Shown here: piece by piece, positions 49,090-58,879 of the stretch
How the letters are laid out: every line of letters starts with the position of its first letter
Position numbering within the stretch: the first letter of the stretch is position 1
Assembly: GCA_963726265.1 (NCBI GenBank)
Contig: CAVSBQ010000002.1
Coordinates: 512,001-576,000, forward strand
Source: Candidatus Aenigmatarchaeota archaeon
Lineage (GTDB): Archaea; Aenigmatarchaeota; Aenigmatarchaeia; QMZP01; QMZT01
Direction of reading: 5' to 3'
Length of the DNA stretch: 64,000 nucleotides
The notes under the pieces: generated by a model
Seen by the model: only the letters and a program-made list of their open reading frames with translations
Told to the model about the DNA's origin: nothing
Databases searched by the model: none
Position numbers and translations under genes: made by a program

Positions 49090-50964
49090 ATGGCGGGAAT
49101 AGTTGGTATAATCCATAAAGAAGGGGTTATAAATAAATCTCAAAAAAATCTGTTTAACCGCATGTATAATTCAATCAGGCATGAAAAATGGTACAAAATT
49201 GATAAATATGTTGATGGGAAATTTGCAATCGCAAGAGTGCACTTAGGTATAATAAATTCAGAGACACAACCCATTTTCAATGAGAATAAAAATTTATGCA
49301 TATTTATGGATGGTGAAATTTTTGATTATGAAAGAGAAATGCAAAAACTGATTCTGAATGGTCATAAGTTTAAAATTAAAAATGATGCTGAGTTTTGTTT
49401 ACATTTTTATGAGGAATTTGGTGAAAAATCCTTTTACAAATTGAATGGCTCTTATGTTATAATTATAGTGGATATAAAGAATAAAATGGTTTTAATTGTC
49501 AATGATCGTTATGGTCTAAGACCAATATATTATGCTAAAAGAAATGGTAAATTAATCTTTGCTTCTGAGGTTAAGGCCTTTTTGGAGGATGCGTCATTTA
49601 AAAGAGATTTAAACGAAGATTCTATAGCAGAATTTCTGAACTTCGGACAGTTACTTGGAAATAAAACATTTTTCAGGGAAATTGTATTGCTGCCACCAGC
49701 ATCAGTTTTAGAGTGGAAGCATGGAAAAGTTTTCGTAAAAAAATATTATGAGTTTGGAAATTTTAAAACTACCAATCTTTCTGATGAAAAATACTCTGAG
49801 ATTGCTCTTTCCTTATTTAAAGACGCCACCAAAAGAATGTCTAATAAAAATGATAATCTTGCAGTTGCTTTAACCGGTGGTTTAGATTCGCGTTTGGTTT
49901 TGGGCTCATTTGAAAATGATATTGTAAATCAAGTTGAAACCTTTACCTTTGTTTTTGATGGAATGGATGCAACACCTAAAATTGCAAAAAAAATAGCAAA
50001 GATATGCAATGTAGAAAATGTTCAATTAAAATTAACTCCAGAGATATTTTTGAAATATCTAAAGAGAGGTATTTTTCTAACTGATGGGATGAATCCTATT
50101 TATGATAATATAAATATGCTACCACTAATCGATAAACTTGAGGGCAAAATACTAATCAATGGTTTTTTGATGGATGCTATATTTGGCGGAGGTTATATAA
50201 AGAAGAATTATTTTGAAACAAATAATATAGAATCATTTAAAAAAATGATGTACAAAGAAGTTTCTCTTCCAAGCGAACAACTGGTTAAACTATTAAATAG
50301 AGACATAATTGATAAAGCGCATAAAAGTTTCAATTCTGAGTTTGAAAAATATATCAAAAATTTCCAATCACGTGCATCATCAGCACTTTATTTCAAAATT
50401 GAAAACAGAGGCAGAAGGAGAATTGGCAGCATTTTAATAGCAATTAGATGGAGAGCAGAGTTTAGAAATCCTTCATATGACTACAATTTTATGGATTTTG
50501 TAATGTCTATACCTAAAGAAAAATTAATGGATCGAAAAATACAGATAAAATCGATTAAAAAGTTAAATCCTGACTTAGCAAAAATAAAAAATAATCACAC
50601 GAACATGAGTGCCGATGCTTCTAACTTCACGAAATTTGTTGCAAGTATGATAACAAATAAATATGCTAAATTTAAAAAATTTTTAGAATTTAACACACAT
50701 GGAAAAATATCCATACCTGGTGGGTCCGATTATCCCGATTATGGTAAATGGTTCAGAGAAACTAAAGAGTTGAAAAATTTTGTCATGAAGATTCTTTTGG
50801 ATGAAAAAACAATAAAGAGAAAATATTTTAATGGAAAGTTTATTGTGAAAATGATAAACGATCATATGAATTATAAAAAGGATTATACACAGCTCATATG
50901 CATACTTTTAACTTTTGAATTGTGGTATAGAATTTTTATAGAGGGTGAGAGTATACGTGACTGA
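49090..50964 (+). CDS. Asparagine synthase (AsnB)-like amidotransferase lacking the N-terminal Cys
   Basis: MAGIVG start, QPIFNE, DGEI, DRYGLRPIYY, FASEVKA, LTGGLDSR. Confidence 0.88.
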   Translation: MAGIVGIIHKEGVINKSQKNLFNRMYNSIRHEKWYKIDKYVDGKFAIARVHLGIINSETQPIFNENKNLCIFMDGEIFDYEREMQKLILNGHKFKIKNDAEFCLHFYEEFGEKSFYKLNGSYVIIIVDIKNKMVLIVNDRYGLRPIYYAKRNGKLIFASEVKAFLEDASFKRDLNEDSIAEFLNFGQLLGNKTFFREIVLLPPASVLEWKHGKVFVKKYYEFGNFKTTNLSDEKYSEIALSLFKDATKRMSNKNDNLAVALTGGLDSRLVLGSFENDIVNQVETFTFVFDGMDATPKIAKKIAKICNVENVQLKLTPEIFLKYLKRGIFLTDGMNPIYDNINMLPLIDKLEGKILINGFLMDAIFGGGYIKKNYFETNNIESFKKMMYKEVSLPSEQLVKLLNRDIIDKAHKSFNSEFEKYIKNFQSRASSALYFKIENRGRRRIGSILIAIRWRAEFRNPSYDYNFMDFVMSIPKEKLMDRKIQIKSIKKLNPDLAKIKNNHTNMSADASNFTKFVASMITNKYAKFKKFLEFNTHGKISIPGGSDYPDYGKWFRETKELKNFVMKILLDEKTIKRKYFNGKFIVKMINDHMNYKKDYTQLICILLTFELWYRIFIEGESIRD

Positions 50965-52105
50965 AATCACAATTTCCGCGGTTGGTGACGTGTTTACTGG
51001 TGGTTTGTTATCAGAAGAAATTGAGAAGTATAAAAATATTTTTTTATCGGAAGAAATAAATAAAATTTTCAAATCTTCTGACATTTGTTTTTGTAATTTA
51101 GAGTCTCCTCTTTGCAAATTGGAAGATCCACCAGAACCAAATAAAACTCTTTTATATGCGAAGGGAGAATCCATAGAATATTTAAAAAAATCCGGTTTTA
51201 ATGTTGTTTCGCTGGCAAATAATCATACGATGGATTTTGGTTGGAAATCACTGCAAAAAACCATAAAAATTCTTGAAAAAAATAAAATTGGACATGTTGG
51301 TGCAGGAAAAAATATAAACGAAGCGAGAAAACCTGTTATTTTAGAGATTAATAAAATTAAAGTTGCTTTTCTTGGCTATTCGTGGGCACTTCCAATGGTT
51401 GAAGAAGGATCGATAGCCGCAACGAAAAATTCACCCGGTATATCTCCTTATAATTTAAAATTTATTAATGAGGACATCAAAAAAATAAGAAAAGGTGTTG
51501 ATTATATATTTTTATCTATTCATTGGCAATATGAGTTTTCTCACTATCCTCCACCGCAAATCATATCCGAAGCTCACCAAATTATTGACGCAGGAGCCGA
51601 CGTAATCCTCGCCCACCATCCGCATGTCCTGCAGGGCTTTGAAAAATACAAGAATGGCCTTATTTTTTACAGCCTGTCCAACTTCCTGTTCTCACCGTGG
51701 TTCGCAACCAATAGTGGTAGGTGGATAAATTATGAAAATAATGGGAAGTTGAGAATCTGGTATAAAGATAGAAGGAAGGGTTTGATATTGAAATTCGTTC
51801 TGTCTAAAAATAAGAACCTTAATTATAAGATGATACCAACGTTGCAGGAAAGAGAACCTGTTGTGAAAATTCAATCTGAGAAAAATGCTAAAAAAACCGT
51901 CAGGAGAATGAATAAATGGTCGCTTGAATACGGGAAAAAATATTATGAAAAAAATTATGAAAAATTGATTGAAAATGAAAATAAGTTGAAATATATAAAA
52001 GCCATTAGAAACGAAATTGAAACCTATGGGTTTGTAGCTACTTTCAAGAAGGCTAAAAACAAATTTAAAAAGATAATATACAAGAATACTCCGCTAATGG
52101 GTTGA
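50945..52105 (+). CDS. CapA/PGA_cap family metallophosphoesterase-fold protein
   Basis: AVGD, NLESP, SLANNHTMDFG, IHW..E, GADVILAHHPHV, YSLSNF. Confidence 0.9.
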   Translation: MRVYVTEITISAVGDVFTGGLLSEEIEKYKNIFLSEEINKIFKSSDICFCNLESPLCKLEDPPEPNKTLLYAKGESIEYLKKSGFNVVSLANNHTMDFGWKSLQKTIKILEKNKIGHVGAGKNINEARKPVILEINKIKVAFLGYSWALPMVEEGSIAATKNSPGISPYNLKFINEDIKKIRKGVDYIFLSIHWQYEFSHYPPPQIISEAHQIIDAGADVILAHHPHVLQGFEKYKNGLIFYSLSNFLFSPWFATNSGRWINYENNGKLRIWYKDRRKGLILKFVLSKNKNLNYKMIPTLQEREPVVKIQSEKNAKKTVRRMNKWSLEYGKKYYEKNYEKLIENENKLKYIKAIRNEIETYGFVATFKKAKNKFKKIIYKNTPLMG

Positions 52106-52169
52106 GCTGAATATGAAATATTCAAAAGTATCCATAATAATAGATTTTAAGGTTGGGACGTAGATTTTT

Positions 52170-53120
52170 ATGAAACTGCTGATAACGGGCGGCGCCGGCT
52201 TCATAGGTAGCAATTTTGTAAAACATATTATCAGAGAGTATCCTGCTTATGAAATAACAGTTTTGGACAAGCTCACCTACGCAGGCAACAAGAACAATCT
52301 GAAAGAGGATCTGAAAAAGATAAAATTCATAAAGGGAGATGTCTGCGATAAGAAAATCGTGGAAAAACTTGTTAAAAAATCCGATGTTATCGTTCACTTC
52401 GCAGCAGAAACGCATGTCGACAGGTCGATAATCGATGCCGGCTCATTCGTCCTGACCGACGTTTTCGGCACATACCAGCTGATGGAGGCCTGTAAAAAAT
52501 TCGGCATAGAAAAATTTGTTCACATATCAACAGATGAGATTTACGGACAAATAATAAGAGGATCTTTCAGAGAAACCGATAAATTAGAACCACGAAATCC
52601 TTATTCGGCTAGCAAGGCCGGAGCAGAGCTGCTGGCCCGTTCCTTTTTCATAACGCACAATGTTCCCGTGGTGATAACGAGGAGCTCCAACAATTTTGGG
52701 CCGTACCAGCATCCTGAGAAAATGATACCACTCTTCATAACAAATGCGATGCAAAACAAAAAACTTCCTCTTTATGGAGATGGTAAAAACATCAGAGACT
52801 GGCTTCATGTAGCAGATAACTGCAAGGCCATAGACCTTGTCATGCATGAGGGAAAAACTGGTGAGATATATAATATCGGCGGCGATAACGAGAGAATGAA
52901 CATCGATATCACCAGATTGATACTCAAATTCTTGGGTAAACCGGAAAGCCTCATAGAATTTGTCAGAGACAGGCCCGGTCATGACATTAGATATTCCCTA
53001 GACAGCACCAAAATCAAAAAACTCGGCTGGAGAACTGAATTTAAATTTGAGGAAGCGCTCAGGCAGACTGTGGAATGGTACAAGAAAAACAGTTGGTGGT
53101 GGAAGCCTTTGAAGCTTTAA
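52170..53120 (+). CDS. rfbB: dTDP-glucose 4,6-dehydratase
   Basis: [50 protein letters not shown]. Confidence 0.95.
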   Translation: MKLLITGGAGFIGSNFVKHIIREYPAYEITVLDKLTYAGNKNNLKEDLKKIKFIKGDVCDKKIVEKLVKKSDVIVHFAAETHVDRSIIDAGSFVLTDVFGTYQLMEACKKFGIEKFVHISTDEIYGQIIRGSFRETDKLEPRNPYSASKAGAELLARSFFITHNVPVVITRSSNNFGPYQHPEKMIPLFITNAMQNKKLPLYGDGKNIRDWLHVADNCKAIDLVMHEGKTGEIYNIGGDNERMNIDITRLILKFLGKPESLIEFVRDRPGHDIRYSLDSTKIKKLGWRTEFKFEEALRQTVEWYKKNSWWWKPLKL

Positions 53121-53144
53121 TTTTATGTAAAATGTGGTGTCGTA

Positions 53145-53789
53145 ATGGAATCCAAGAAAATGACCAAAAAACTGTATGAGGAAACATATGGAGAGTTTGG
53201 TACAAGTAAACAGGATGACCTGAGCGGCAAAAAAATATTCGAGATGGTAAGCAGGCTGGTAGAAGCTGACAAATGCTCATCGGTTATCGATTTCGGGAGC
53301 GGAAGCTGCTCCCTAATAAGAAGGTTGCATGAAAAATACAAAATAAAAGTGACCGGCGTCGACTTCGTGAAGCACAAGGATTCGTTCAACACCATACTGC
53401 ATGACTTGGACGACTTCCCTTATCCTTTCGAAAACGAATCCTATGACGTGGCTTTTTCGATAGGCGTTTTGCATGCCATGCATTTTCCCAAAGAATTTGT
53501 GAAGGAATGTCACAGGATTTTAAAGCCTAACGGGATGTTTTTCCTTACTGTCGTTAATTCCATTCCGGTAAAAAGCAGGCCTGGATATCTTTTTGGGAAA
53601 TTATACAAAGTACACTCATACCCGTTCCACATCTCGTTTTTTAACAAGGCAACTCTTGAAAAATATTTCAAGGAAGCAGGTTTTTCGGATATTAAATTTT
53701 ACAACGTAGGCAAAATATCATGCAAATTAAAGGTCCTGCCGCCGTCGTGGTTTTCCCTGCTTTTTCTGAGCGCGAAAAAGAAGGCCTAA
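53145..53789 (+). CDS. Class I SAM-dependent methyltransferase
   Basis: VIDFGSGS, GVD, PFENESYD, RILKPNG. Confidence 0.85.
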   Translation: MESKKMTKKLYEETYGEFGTSKQDDLSGKKIFEMVSRLVEADKCSSVIDFGSGSCSLIRRLHEKYKIKVTGVDFVKHKDSFNTILHDLDDFPYPFENESYDVAFSIGVLHAMHFPKEFVKECHRILKPNGMFFLTVVNSIPVKSRPGYLFGKLYKVHSYPFHISFFNKATLEKYFKEAGFSDIKFYNVGKISCKLKVLPPSWFSLLFLSAKKKA

Positions 53790-53857
53790 ATTCTGCATTT
53801 AATGGATTGTAAGTTACATAGAATACTTTACATTTCAAAATAGAATGAAAAATAATA

Positions 53858-54121
53858 TCAACTGCATTCCATTTCTCGTATTTTCTCAAGCGTTTCCCGA
53901 CCTTTTTCTGTCAAAACGTATATCCTCCCCTTCAAACTTTCTTCATTTATGCATTTCACGAGTCCTGTATCCCGCATATCCTTGAGTTTGAGGGAAATAT
54001 TTGGTAGGCTTGAACCCATAGCTTTGGATAACTGTGTAGGCGTTTTTGGCTTTTCTAGAAGAAACAAGAGTCTTTTTCGTTTCTCGCTTTTGAGAACAAA
54101 CGCCACGTTATCCCATTCCAT
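53858..54121 (-). CDS. Winged-helix (ArsR/MarR-like) transcriptional regulator
   Basis: S.KRKRLL..L..PKTPTQLSK...NIS..LKDM...GLVKC...KGRIY.LTEKG. Confidence 0.85.
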   Translation of the reverse strand: MEWDNVAFVLKSEKRKRLLFLLEKPKTPTQLSKAMGSSLPNISLKLKDMRDTGLVKCINEESLKGRIYVLTEKGRETLEKIREMECS

Positions 54122-54122
54122 T

Positions 54123-54184
54123 TGATTAGTTTGGTTAAATGTTGATAGGACATTTACTATAGAATGATTAAGTTTTGGTTAAAA
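54123..54184. repeat. Imperfect direct repeat in the divergent promoter, possible operator pair
   Basis: TGATTAGTTTGGTTAAA (54123-54139) and TGATTAAGTTTTGGTTAAAA (54165-54184). Confidence 0.45.
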
Positions 54185-54215
54185 CTTATAAATTCTGACA
54201 CGAATAAAATACAGA

Positions 54216-54719
54216 ATGAAACAAAATTTTCCAAAAATATTAAACAAAAACAAACTTCATTTGGGTTGCGGAAAAATATATCTGGATGGATTTGTGAATG
54301 CAGACATTGGAAGGGGTATTAAGGTTGATATTTCTTTTGATGCTGACAAAAAATTTCCATTTCCAGATAATCGTTTTGAATTTATCTTATGTAACTACAT
54401 GCTTCAGGATGTCAAAGACCTAGTGTTCACGTTCAACGAGATGCTTAGGGTATCCAAGAATGACGCGATAATAGAAATCAAAGTTCCATTCAATAATTAC
54501 GAAACATGGTCCGACCCGATGGCAAAACGTGAATTCAGTGAGCATACTTTTGATTCATGGGATCTAAAGACAAATCTTGGAAAGGATGTTGCCCATGAAA
54601 CTGGTAATTCTAATAAAATAAATATCATTAAGGTTAAAAAGAAAAGGGGTAAGTATAATTGGTTTCGTGTGCATGGTTTACATTTTATATTTCAGGTTAA
54701 AAAATCCATTCATCACTAA
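54216..54719 (+). CDS. SAM-dependent methyltransferase (type 11-like)
   Basis: KLHLGCG...GFVNAD, FPFPDN, EMLRVSK, I.VP, DP motif. Confidence 0.8.
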   Translation: MKQNFPKILNKNKLHLGCGKIYLDGFVNADIGRGIKVDISFDADKKFPFPDNRFEFILCNYMLQDVKDLVFTFNEMLRVSKNDAIIEIKVPFNNYETWSDPMAKREFSEHTFDSWDLKTNLGKDVAHETGNSNKINIIKVKKKRGKYNWFRVHGLHFIFQVKKSIHH

Positions 54720-54774
54720 ATTCTGATATTCAAATTTTAAGTAAATTTATAAAACAAAACTATAATTAATTGAC

Positions 54775-55503
54775 ATGAAAGGGATTTTGCTTGCTGGCGG
54801 AACGGGCAGCAGGTTATACCCTCTCACCAAAGTCACGAACAAACATCTGCTGCCGGTATACAACAAGCCGATGATATACTATCCGCTCAAGACGCTTATA
54901 GATGCCGGCATAAAGGACATACTGATAGTCACCGGCCCAGAGCATGCCGGCGATTTCTTGAAGTTGCTCGGAAGCGGGAGGGAATGGGGAGTAAGACTGA
55001 CCTATGAGCTTCAGGATGAGTCGGGCGGGATAGCACAGGCCCTGTCTCTTGCCGAGACGTTTGTCGGGGATGATAAATGCATTGTGATACTGGGAGATAA
55101 CATATTCGAGGACAACATAAGAAAACATGTCGAAGCGTTCGAAAAACAGAAAGGCGGAGCGAGGATATTCCTGAAGCGGGTTTCGGACCCGAGGAGATTC
55201 GGCGTGGTTGAAATTAAGGATGGCAAAATAGTCCGCATGGAAGAAAAACCGAAGCATCCCAAGACCAACATTTCCGCGGTCGGGCTCTACATGTATGACA
55301 ACACGGTCTTCGGTAAGATAAAAAAGCTGAAGCCGTCCGGTAGAGGCGAGCTTGAAATAAACGATGTCAACCTGATGTACATGAACGAAGGCAGGCTTTA
55401 CTACAATTTCTTAAAGGGTTTCTGGACCGATGCGGGAACATTTAATTCTTTATTCGTGGCTTCAAAACTGATAAAGGACCGCGAAAAGAAGGCTAAGAAA
55501 TAA
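54775..55503 (+). CDS. rfbA: Glucose-1-phosphate thymidylyltransferase (short form)
   Basis: LAGGTGSRLYPLT..NKHLLPVYNKPMIYYPL, LGDN, EEKP, PSGRGELEI, WTDAGT. Confidence 0.92.
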   Translation: MKGILLAGGTGSRLYPLTKVTNKHLLPVYNKPMIYYPLKTLIDAGIKDILIVTGPEHAGDFLKLLGSGREWGVRLTYELQDESGGIAQALSLAETFVGDDKCIVILGDNIFEDNIRKHVEAFEKQKGGARIFLKRVSDPRRFGVVEIKDGKIVRMEEKPKHPKTNISAVGLYMYDNTVFGKIKKLKPSGRGELEINDVNLMYMNEGRLYYNFLKGFWTDAGTFNSLFVASKLIKDREKKAKK

Positions 55504-55536
55504 ATTTAAAAACGGCCGCGGTATTTTGAATACGGG

Positions 55537-56550
55537 ATGCGGATGAAAGGCTATAAAATCAGGGGCATGCGCGGACAGAAGGTCCTTATAACAGGTGGGC
55601 TTGGATTCCTGGGAAGCAATCTGGCGATAGGATTGCAGGACCTCGGCGCAGAAATAATGCTGTTCTCAAAATCGAACAAAAACATCCGTAACATAAGGGA
55701 GATAAAAAACGACGTCAAACTGGTTTTTGGCGACATAACAGACAGGAAAATGCTGGACAGAATAGTGAAAGATAAGGATGTAATATTCCATTTCGCGGGC
55801 CAGACGAGCCACATAAACTCTATGGAAAATCCCCTGAATGACATAAAGATGAACTGTCTGGGGGTGATGAACGTCCTCGAGGCGTGCAGGAAGGTAAACG
55901 ACAGGGCAAAAATAGTTTTTCCGGGAACGACGGGGCAAGTGGGTAAAGTTGAAAGGGGAAATCTTCCAATATCCGAAAATCTGAGGGATGCGCCCATAAC
56001 CGTATACGATGCCGACAAGCTGGCGGCTGAAAAATACCTGATGATTTATAACAAGGTCTACGGCATGCGGACGGTTTCGCTGAGGCTTGCCACCATATAC
56101 GGTGAAAGGCAGGACGTAAAAAGCAGCAGGTACGGCATAACTAACATGTTCATCAAAAAGGCAATGTGCGGGGAGACGATAGCGGTTTATGGCGACGGCT
56201 CCTTTGTAAGAGATTACAACTACGTCGGCAACGTGGTTGACGCGTTCATTCTCGCCGCGCAGACGAAGCGGACCAGCGGCAATTATTTCAACCTCGGCTC
56301 CAACAGGCCCACAAAATTCATTGACATGGTGAAAATAGTAATGGAAAGGGTCAAGGAAGTGACAGGCAGGCAGGGCAAATTTGAATTTGTTCCCTGGCCC
56401 GAGAAGGCGAGGGCGATAGATGTGGGCGACATGATTGTCGACTACAAAAAACTCAGGGACTTCACCGGCTGGTATCCGAAAATCAGCTTCGAGGACGGCA
56501 TCAGAAGAACTGTTGAATTTTACAGGGAAAGGTTGGATGAATATTTATGA
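55537..56550 (+). CDS. NAD-dependent sugar epimerase/dehydratase
   Basis: TGGLGFLGSN, YDADK (YxxxK), RDYNYV. Confidence 0.9.
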   Translation: MRMKGYKIRGMRGQKVLITGGLGFLGSNLAIGLQDLGAEIMLFSKSNKNIRNIREIKNDVKLVFGDITDRKMLDRIVKDKDVIFHFAGQTSHINSMENPLNDIKMNCLGVMNVLEACRKVNDRAKIVFPGTTGQVGKVERGNLPISENLRDAPITVYDADKLAAEKYLMIYNKVYGMRTVSLRLATIYGERQDVKSSRYGITNMFIKKAMCGETIAVYGDGSFVRDYNYVGNVVDAFILAAQTKRTSGNYFNLGSNRPTKFIDMVKIVMERVKEVTGRQGKFEFVPWPEKARAIDVGDMIVDYKKLRDFTGWYPKISFEDGIRRTVEFYRERLDEYL

Positions 56551-57524
56551 GCGGTTATGAAGGCAGGGAAATCCTGATAACAGGCGGTCTGGGAGCGATA
56601 GGCAGCAACATAGCGGTCACGCTCGCCGGCATGGGGGCAAAGGTGACGATAATTGACAACATGCTCAGCGGCTCCGGCGCGAACATTAACAACATAAGCG
56701 AAATCAGGAGTAAGGTCAAACTGATAGTGGGTGACATAAGAAATGAAGAAGATGTCAGGAATGCGGTGAAAAACAAGGACATCATATTCAATTGCGCCGC
56801 GCAGATAAGCCACGTGGCATCGATGGAGAATCCATACCTCGACATAGACATAAACCTCAACGGCAACATCACGCTTCTTGAGGCATGCAGGAAATTCAAT
56901 GACAAATTAAAAATTGTTTACACCGGAACCAGAGGTCAGATAGGACCTCTTAAAACCCTGCCCGCAGACGAAAGTCATCAGGACAACCCCACGGACATAT
57001 ACGGAGTCGACAAGCTTACGGCCGAGCACTACCACCTCATTTATTACAACACATACGGGCTGCGCACGACGTCGCTAAGGCTCGTCAATACATATGGTCC
57101 TAGGGCACAGATAGACGACCCGAAGCACAGCATCGTCAACTGGCTGATAGGAAGAGCCATAAAAAACGAGACCATAACCGTGTACAGGCCAGGCACGCAG
57201 AAAAGGGACTGCAACTACGTAACGGACGCCGTTGACGCCCTCCTCCTGGCAGGCGCAAGCGAGAAATCGAACGGCAATGCCTATAATCTGGGCTCCGGAA
57301 GGCCAGTGGAATTCATAAATATCGTAAAGAAAATAATAGAAATATCTGGCTCTGGAAAATGGAAGCTTGTGCCATGGCCCAAGGAAAGGAAATACATAGA
57401 AGTCGGCGATTCGTTCCTGTCGTATGAAAAGATAAAGCACGATATGGGATGGGAACCGAAAACCAGTCTTGAAGATGGAATACGGGAAACTATAAGCTTC
57501 TACAGGAGGAAGATGAATGCTTAA
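56547..57524 (+). CDS. NAD-dependent sugar epimerase/dehydratase, paralog of the upstream gene
   Basis: TGGLGAIGSN, YGVDK, NTYGPR, RDCNYV. Confidence 0.9.
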   Translation: MSGYEGREILITGGLGAIGSNIAVTLAGMGAKVTIIDNMLSGSGANINNISEIRSKVKLIVGDIRNEEDVRNAVKNKDIIFNCAAQISHVASMENPYLDIDINLNGNITLLEACRKFNDKLKIVYTGTRGQIGPLKTLPADESHQDNPTDIYGVDKLTAEHYHLIYYNTYGLRTTSLRLVNTYGPRAQIDDPKHSIVNWLIGRAIKNETITVYRPGTQKRDCNYVTDAVDALLLAGASEKSNGNAYNLGSGRPVEFINIVKKIIEISGSGKWKLVPWPKERKYIEVGDSFLSYEKIKHDMGWEPKTSLEDGIRETISFYRRKMNA

Positions 57525-58458
57525 AAAGAACGTGCTTGTTACTGGAGGCCTCGGTCACATAGGCTCCAAACTGATAACCAATCTTGCCGGAAGGAAGGAC
57601 GTCGGCAAAATAGTCATACTGGACAATCTGCATACCGAAAGGTATTGCAGCCTGATGAACCTCCCGAAAAACACAAGATATAATTTCATAGAAGGCGACA
57701 TAAGGAACGCAACTGACGTCGGAAAGGCGATGGACGGGATTGACACGGTGATCCATCTTGCCGCCATAACAAACGCGCCTGAAACCATAAAATTCCCGGA
57801 ACTCACCAGGGAAGTTAATTATGATGCGACAAAAATGATGCTCAAAATCGCTAAAGAGATGAATGTTGAAAAATTCTTTTTCCCATCGACCACGAGCGTT
57901 TACGGGCCCGCAACAGGTTTTATTGATGAAAACTACAAAAAATGCAAGCCGCTCACGCCATATGCAGAATACAAGCTCAAGGCCGAAAACGAAGTCTTGA
58001 AGGAAAATGGGAAAATGAAAACGTGCGTTGCAAGATTCGGAACAATATACGGCTACAGCATAGGCATGAGATTCCACACCGCAGTGAACAAGTTCGTGTT
58101 CCAGGCCGTGAACAGGCAACCGATAACTGTCTGGGAGGACGCACTGGACCAGAAAAGGCCGTATCTCGATTTGAACGACGCCATAAACTTCATAAACTTC
58201 TTCATGAACCAGAAAAATGTCAGGTTCTTCGGCGAAGTTTACAACGTGCTGACTGAGAATGCGACTGTCAGAAACGTCATAGACATAATCAGGAAATATG
58301 CCGGCAACGTCGAGATAAAAATGACCAAAAGCCCGATAATAAACCAGGAGTCGTATGAAGTGAGCAGGAAAAAGCTAGAGAAGCGTGGCTTCAAATTCAG
58401 CGGCAATATGGAAAAGAGCGTGAAGGAAACGATAAACTCGTTCAAAGCCCTGCTTTAG
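57517..58458 (+). CDS. Extended SDR sugar epimerase/reductase
   Basis: TGGLGHIGS, HLAA, STTSVYG, YAEYK, RFGTIYG. Confidence 0.88.
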   Translation: MLKKNVLVTGGLGHIGSKLITNLAGRKDVGKIVILDNLHTERYCSLMNLPKNTRYNFIEGDIRNATDVGKAMDGIDTVIHLAAITNAPETIKFPELTREVNYDATKMMLKIAKEMNVEKFFFPSTTSVYGPATGFIDENYKKCKPLTPYAEYKLKAENEVLKENGKMKTCVARFGTIYGYSIGMRFHTAVNKFVFQAVNRQPITVWEDALDQKRPYLDLNDAINFINFFMNQKNVRFFGEVYNVLTENATVRNVIDIIRKYAGNVEIKMTKSPIINQESYEVSRKKLEKRGFKFSGNMEKSVKETINSFKALL

Positions 58459-58879
58459 CTTTTCTGCTTTTGGAAGCCCAGACGTTGCCGAATGATTTCG
58501 GGTCTTTTCTTTCCGTGTCTTCTGGGTCGAATGTCGTATCCATCACATGGACAAGAATTGCTTCTTTGCCGACGGCCATGTAGCCGTGCCACACGCCTGG
58601 TGAGACTTTTATCATGACCGGGTTTTTATCTCCTATTGTGAAGGTTTCCGCCTTCTTGCCGTTGCATACGCCGTATATTATGTTGCCTTTAGCGCACAGC
58701 GTGTAATCCGTCTGTTTTTTGTGTTTATGCCAGCCCTTCACAATACCAGGGTAAACCACTGATATGAGCGTTTGGCCGAATCTGCCGCCGAAAATGGCAT
58801 CGTCTTTTCTCAGGCCCTCGAAAAGGTAGCCTCTCTCGTCTGAATGTATTTTTATTTTCTTGAACTGAACTCCTTTCAT
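58442..58879 (-). CDS. rfbC: dTDP-4-dehydrorhamnose 3,5-epimerase-like cupin
   Basis: DERGYLFE, PGIVKGWHKH..QTD, PGVWHGY; start MKGVQFKK at 58879. Confidence 0.82.
   Translation of the reverse strand: MKGVQFKKIKIHSDERGYLFEGLRKDDAIFGGRFGQTLISVVYPGIVKGWHKHKKQTDYTLCAKGNIIYGVCNGKKAETFTIGDKNPVMIKVSPGVWHGYMAVGKEAILVHVMDTTFDPEDTERKDPKSFGNVWASKSRKAKAGL

Noticed and set aside
49090..50964. Lasso-peptide cyclase (Cys-less AsnB homolog) with radical SAM RiPP maturases
   Set aside because: No precursor peptide, B protein or RRE gene seen; the context is entirely glycan biosynthesis.
50945..52105. Poly-gamma-glutamate capsule operon
   Set aside because: Only a CapA-family gene; capB and capC are not present in the window.
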